A DNA stretch of 64,000 nucleotides from Myxococcota bacterium (GTDB lineage Bacteria > Myxococcota_A > UBA9160 > UBA6930), in NCBI GenBank assembly GCA_965223705.1, contig OZ245015.1, forward strand, positions 135,106 through 199,105, read 5' to 3'. Positions 62,524 through 64,000 of the stretch are shown piece after piece. The notes beneath the pieces were generated by a model, which did not search any database, was not told the DNA's origin, and saw only the letters and a list, made by a program, of their open reading frames with translations. Position 1 is the stretch's first letter. Each line of letters opens with the position of its first letter. The translations under genes were made by a program, and so were the position numbers.

Positions 62524-62996
62524 GCTTCGTCCTCATCTTCGATGTCGTTCTCCCGGGCAAACCAGGGGTTCCAGGCCTCCCATGCGGCTTCCTCTTCGTC
62601 GAGCGGGGCCGCTTCGACGACTTGCGGGCGTGCGAGCCAGGCGGAGAGCAACGTCGACGGGACGATGAGGGAGAGGCCGATCACCAACCCGACGGGATGC
62701 GCGCCGGCCCACAGGGAGCCCGCGATCGCCGCGAGCAGCAGAGAGAAGCGCAACCCGAAGCCCGCAGCGGCGATGGCCGAGCCGTTCCAGGCATTGTTGA
62801 ACGTCGCCTCGCTGTTGCGGCGCAGCGACCGGAAATTCACCGCTTCGAGAAGCGCGCCCAATGCGAGACTCCCGGTAAAAGCCGGCGTCGCCAGGGCCCA
62901 CGCTGTCGCGACGGCGCCACCCGCGATCGCCGCGTGCAAGCGCTGCACGGGACCCGCGTCGAGAACCACTGCGTCGGAACTCTGGGTGTTCGCCAA
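62520..62996 (-). CDS. atpI: ATP synthase subunit I-like membrane protein
   Basis: Four TM segments, NF..L, position upstream of atpB. Confidence 0.7.
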   Translation of the reverse strand: MANTQSSDAVVLDAGPVQRLHAAIAGGAVATAWALATPAFTGSLALGALLEAVNFRSLRRNSEATFNNAWNGSAIAAAGFGLRFSLLLAAIAGSLWAGAHPVGLVIGLSLIVPSTLLSAWLARPQVVEAAPLDEEEAAWEAWNPWFARENDIEDEDEA

Positions 62997-63004
62997 TCCG
63001 TCGT

Positions 63005-63301
63005 CTACCAATCGTCTTTGTCCTGTGCGTCCCACGGGTCGTCCCACGCTTCGGGCGGGAGCGGCCGCGGAGGCTCATCGCCTTCTTCTTCGATTCGCAA
63101 CGCTTCGAGCCGGCGGCTGAGTCGGACGATTCGCAAGATGAACGCTCCGAAACCGACCGCCAAACCGATGAGCGTACCGACAGGCGTTGTTCCCGCCGCG
63201 TGGTCAGCCCAAAAACCGAGGCCCGTGCCGACCAGGATGGCGATCACCGCCTCGAGCCCGCCTTGGTAAGCCAAAGCGCCGCGTCGGTTGGGACTCTTCA
63301 C
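63005..63301 (-). CDS. AtpZ/AtpI family protein
   Basis: G..LG.W.D...GT.P motif. Confidence 0.8.
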   Translation of the reverse strand: MKSPNRRGALAYQGGLEAVIAILVGTGLGFWADHAAGTTPVGTLIGLAVGFGAFILRIVRLSRRLEALRIEEEGDEPPRPLPPEAWDDPWDAQDKDDW

Positions 63302-63412
63302 GATGCATCACCGCGCCAGAACCCCCTACGGGGCCCGTCCTGGCTGCATGCGGGCCGCATAGTAGCCGAGGGCCCAGTGCCACTCAACGCGCCCGAGCCT
63401 CTGTCGCGCGCC

Positions 63413-64000
63413 TCAACGCGCGCGTCGAACGGCGGCGAAGGCGTCTTCCGCGGCATCGAGTGTCCGTGCCACGTCGCGTCGCGAATGCGCCGTCGAGACG
63501 AACCCGGCCTCGAACGCCGACGGCGCTAGATACACACCGGCGTCGAGCATGGCGCGGTGGAAGCGCGCGAACCGCTTGAGATCGGAGCCGGACGCCGCTT
63601 CGAAATCCCACACCGGACCGTCCCGGAAGAAGAAACCGAACATGCCGCCCACCGAAGTGGTGTGGAACGGGATCCCGAACGCCTCCGCGCGTTGCGCGAG
63701 GCCGTCCGCCAACGCGGAGGTCCGCTCGCCGAGGATCTCGTAGACGCCGTCCTCTTTGAGGGCGTCGAGCGTCACGACACCTGCGGCCATTGCCAGCGGA
63801 TTTCCGGACAGCGTTCCCGCCTGATAGACGGGCCCGTCCGGTGCGATTTCTTTCATCAGCTCCTTCGAGCCGCCGTAGGCCGCGGCCGGCAAACCGCCAC
63901 CGATCACCTTGCCGAAGCAGGAGAGATCGGGTTTGACGCGGTACAGGCGTTGCGCGCCCCCCCAGGCCACGCGAAATCCCGTCATCACCTCGTCGAAGAT
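63413..64000 (-). CDS. hemL: Glutamate-1-semialdehyde 2,1-aminomutase (partial, 3' part)
   Basis: [34 protein letters not shown]. Confidence 0.95.
   Translation of the reverse strand: MFDEVMTGFRVAWGGAQRLYRVKPDLSCFGKVIGGGLPAAAYGGSKELMKEIAPDGPVYQAGTLSGNPLAMAAGVVTLDALKEDGVYEILGERTSALADGLAQRAEAFGIPFHTTSVGGMFGFFFRDGPVWDFEAASGSDLKRFARFHRAMLDAGVYLAPSAFEAGFVSTAHSRRDVARTLDAAEDAFAAVRRAR

Overview
GC-rich bacterial chromosomal window. The hemL-atpZ-atpI-atpB-atpE block and gene style suggest a Myxococcota/deltaproteobacteria-like host (inference only). Bases 1-26 kb and 42-64 kb are mostly metabolic and housekeeping genes. Two genes there look like mis-split selenoproteins with an in-frame UGA plus a SECIS-like hairpin: a DedA-rhodanese fusion and a PrdB/GrdB-like protein. 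Bases ~26.3-42.2 kb hold a chromosomal integron: intI (41174-42160), attI (~40939) and 14 attC sites of ~130 bp, with cassettes on the minus strand, three TA or TA-like cassettes, one duplicated cassette and a decayed distal tail. The main discovery is an IS110-group (DEDD) recombinase element inserted three times at the same nucleotide of attC sites. Its non-coding left end folds like a bridge RNA, with guides matching the element's own circle junction and the attC target. Circularisation creates a TTGACT-N17-TATGAT promoter. Only attC variants that match the target guide are occupied. A diverged relic of the element shows covariation in the RNA hairpin. The first cassette carries a 23-nt exact match to the bridge-RNA donor loop, in antisense orientation when transcribed from the array promoter.
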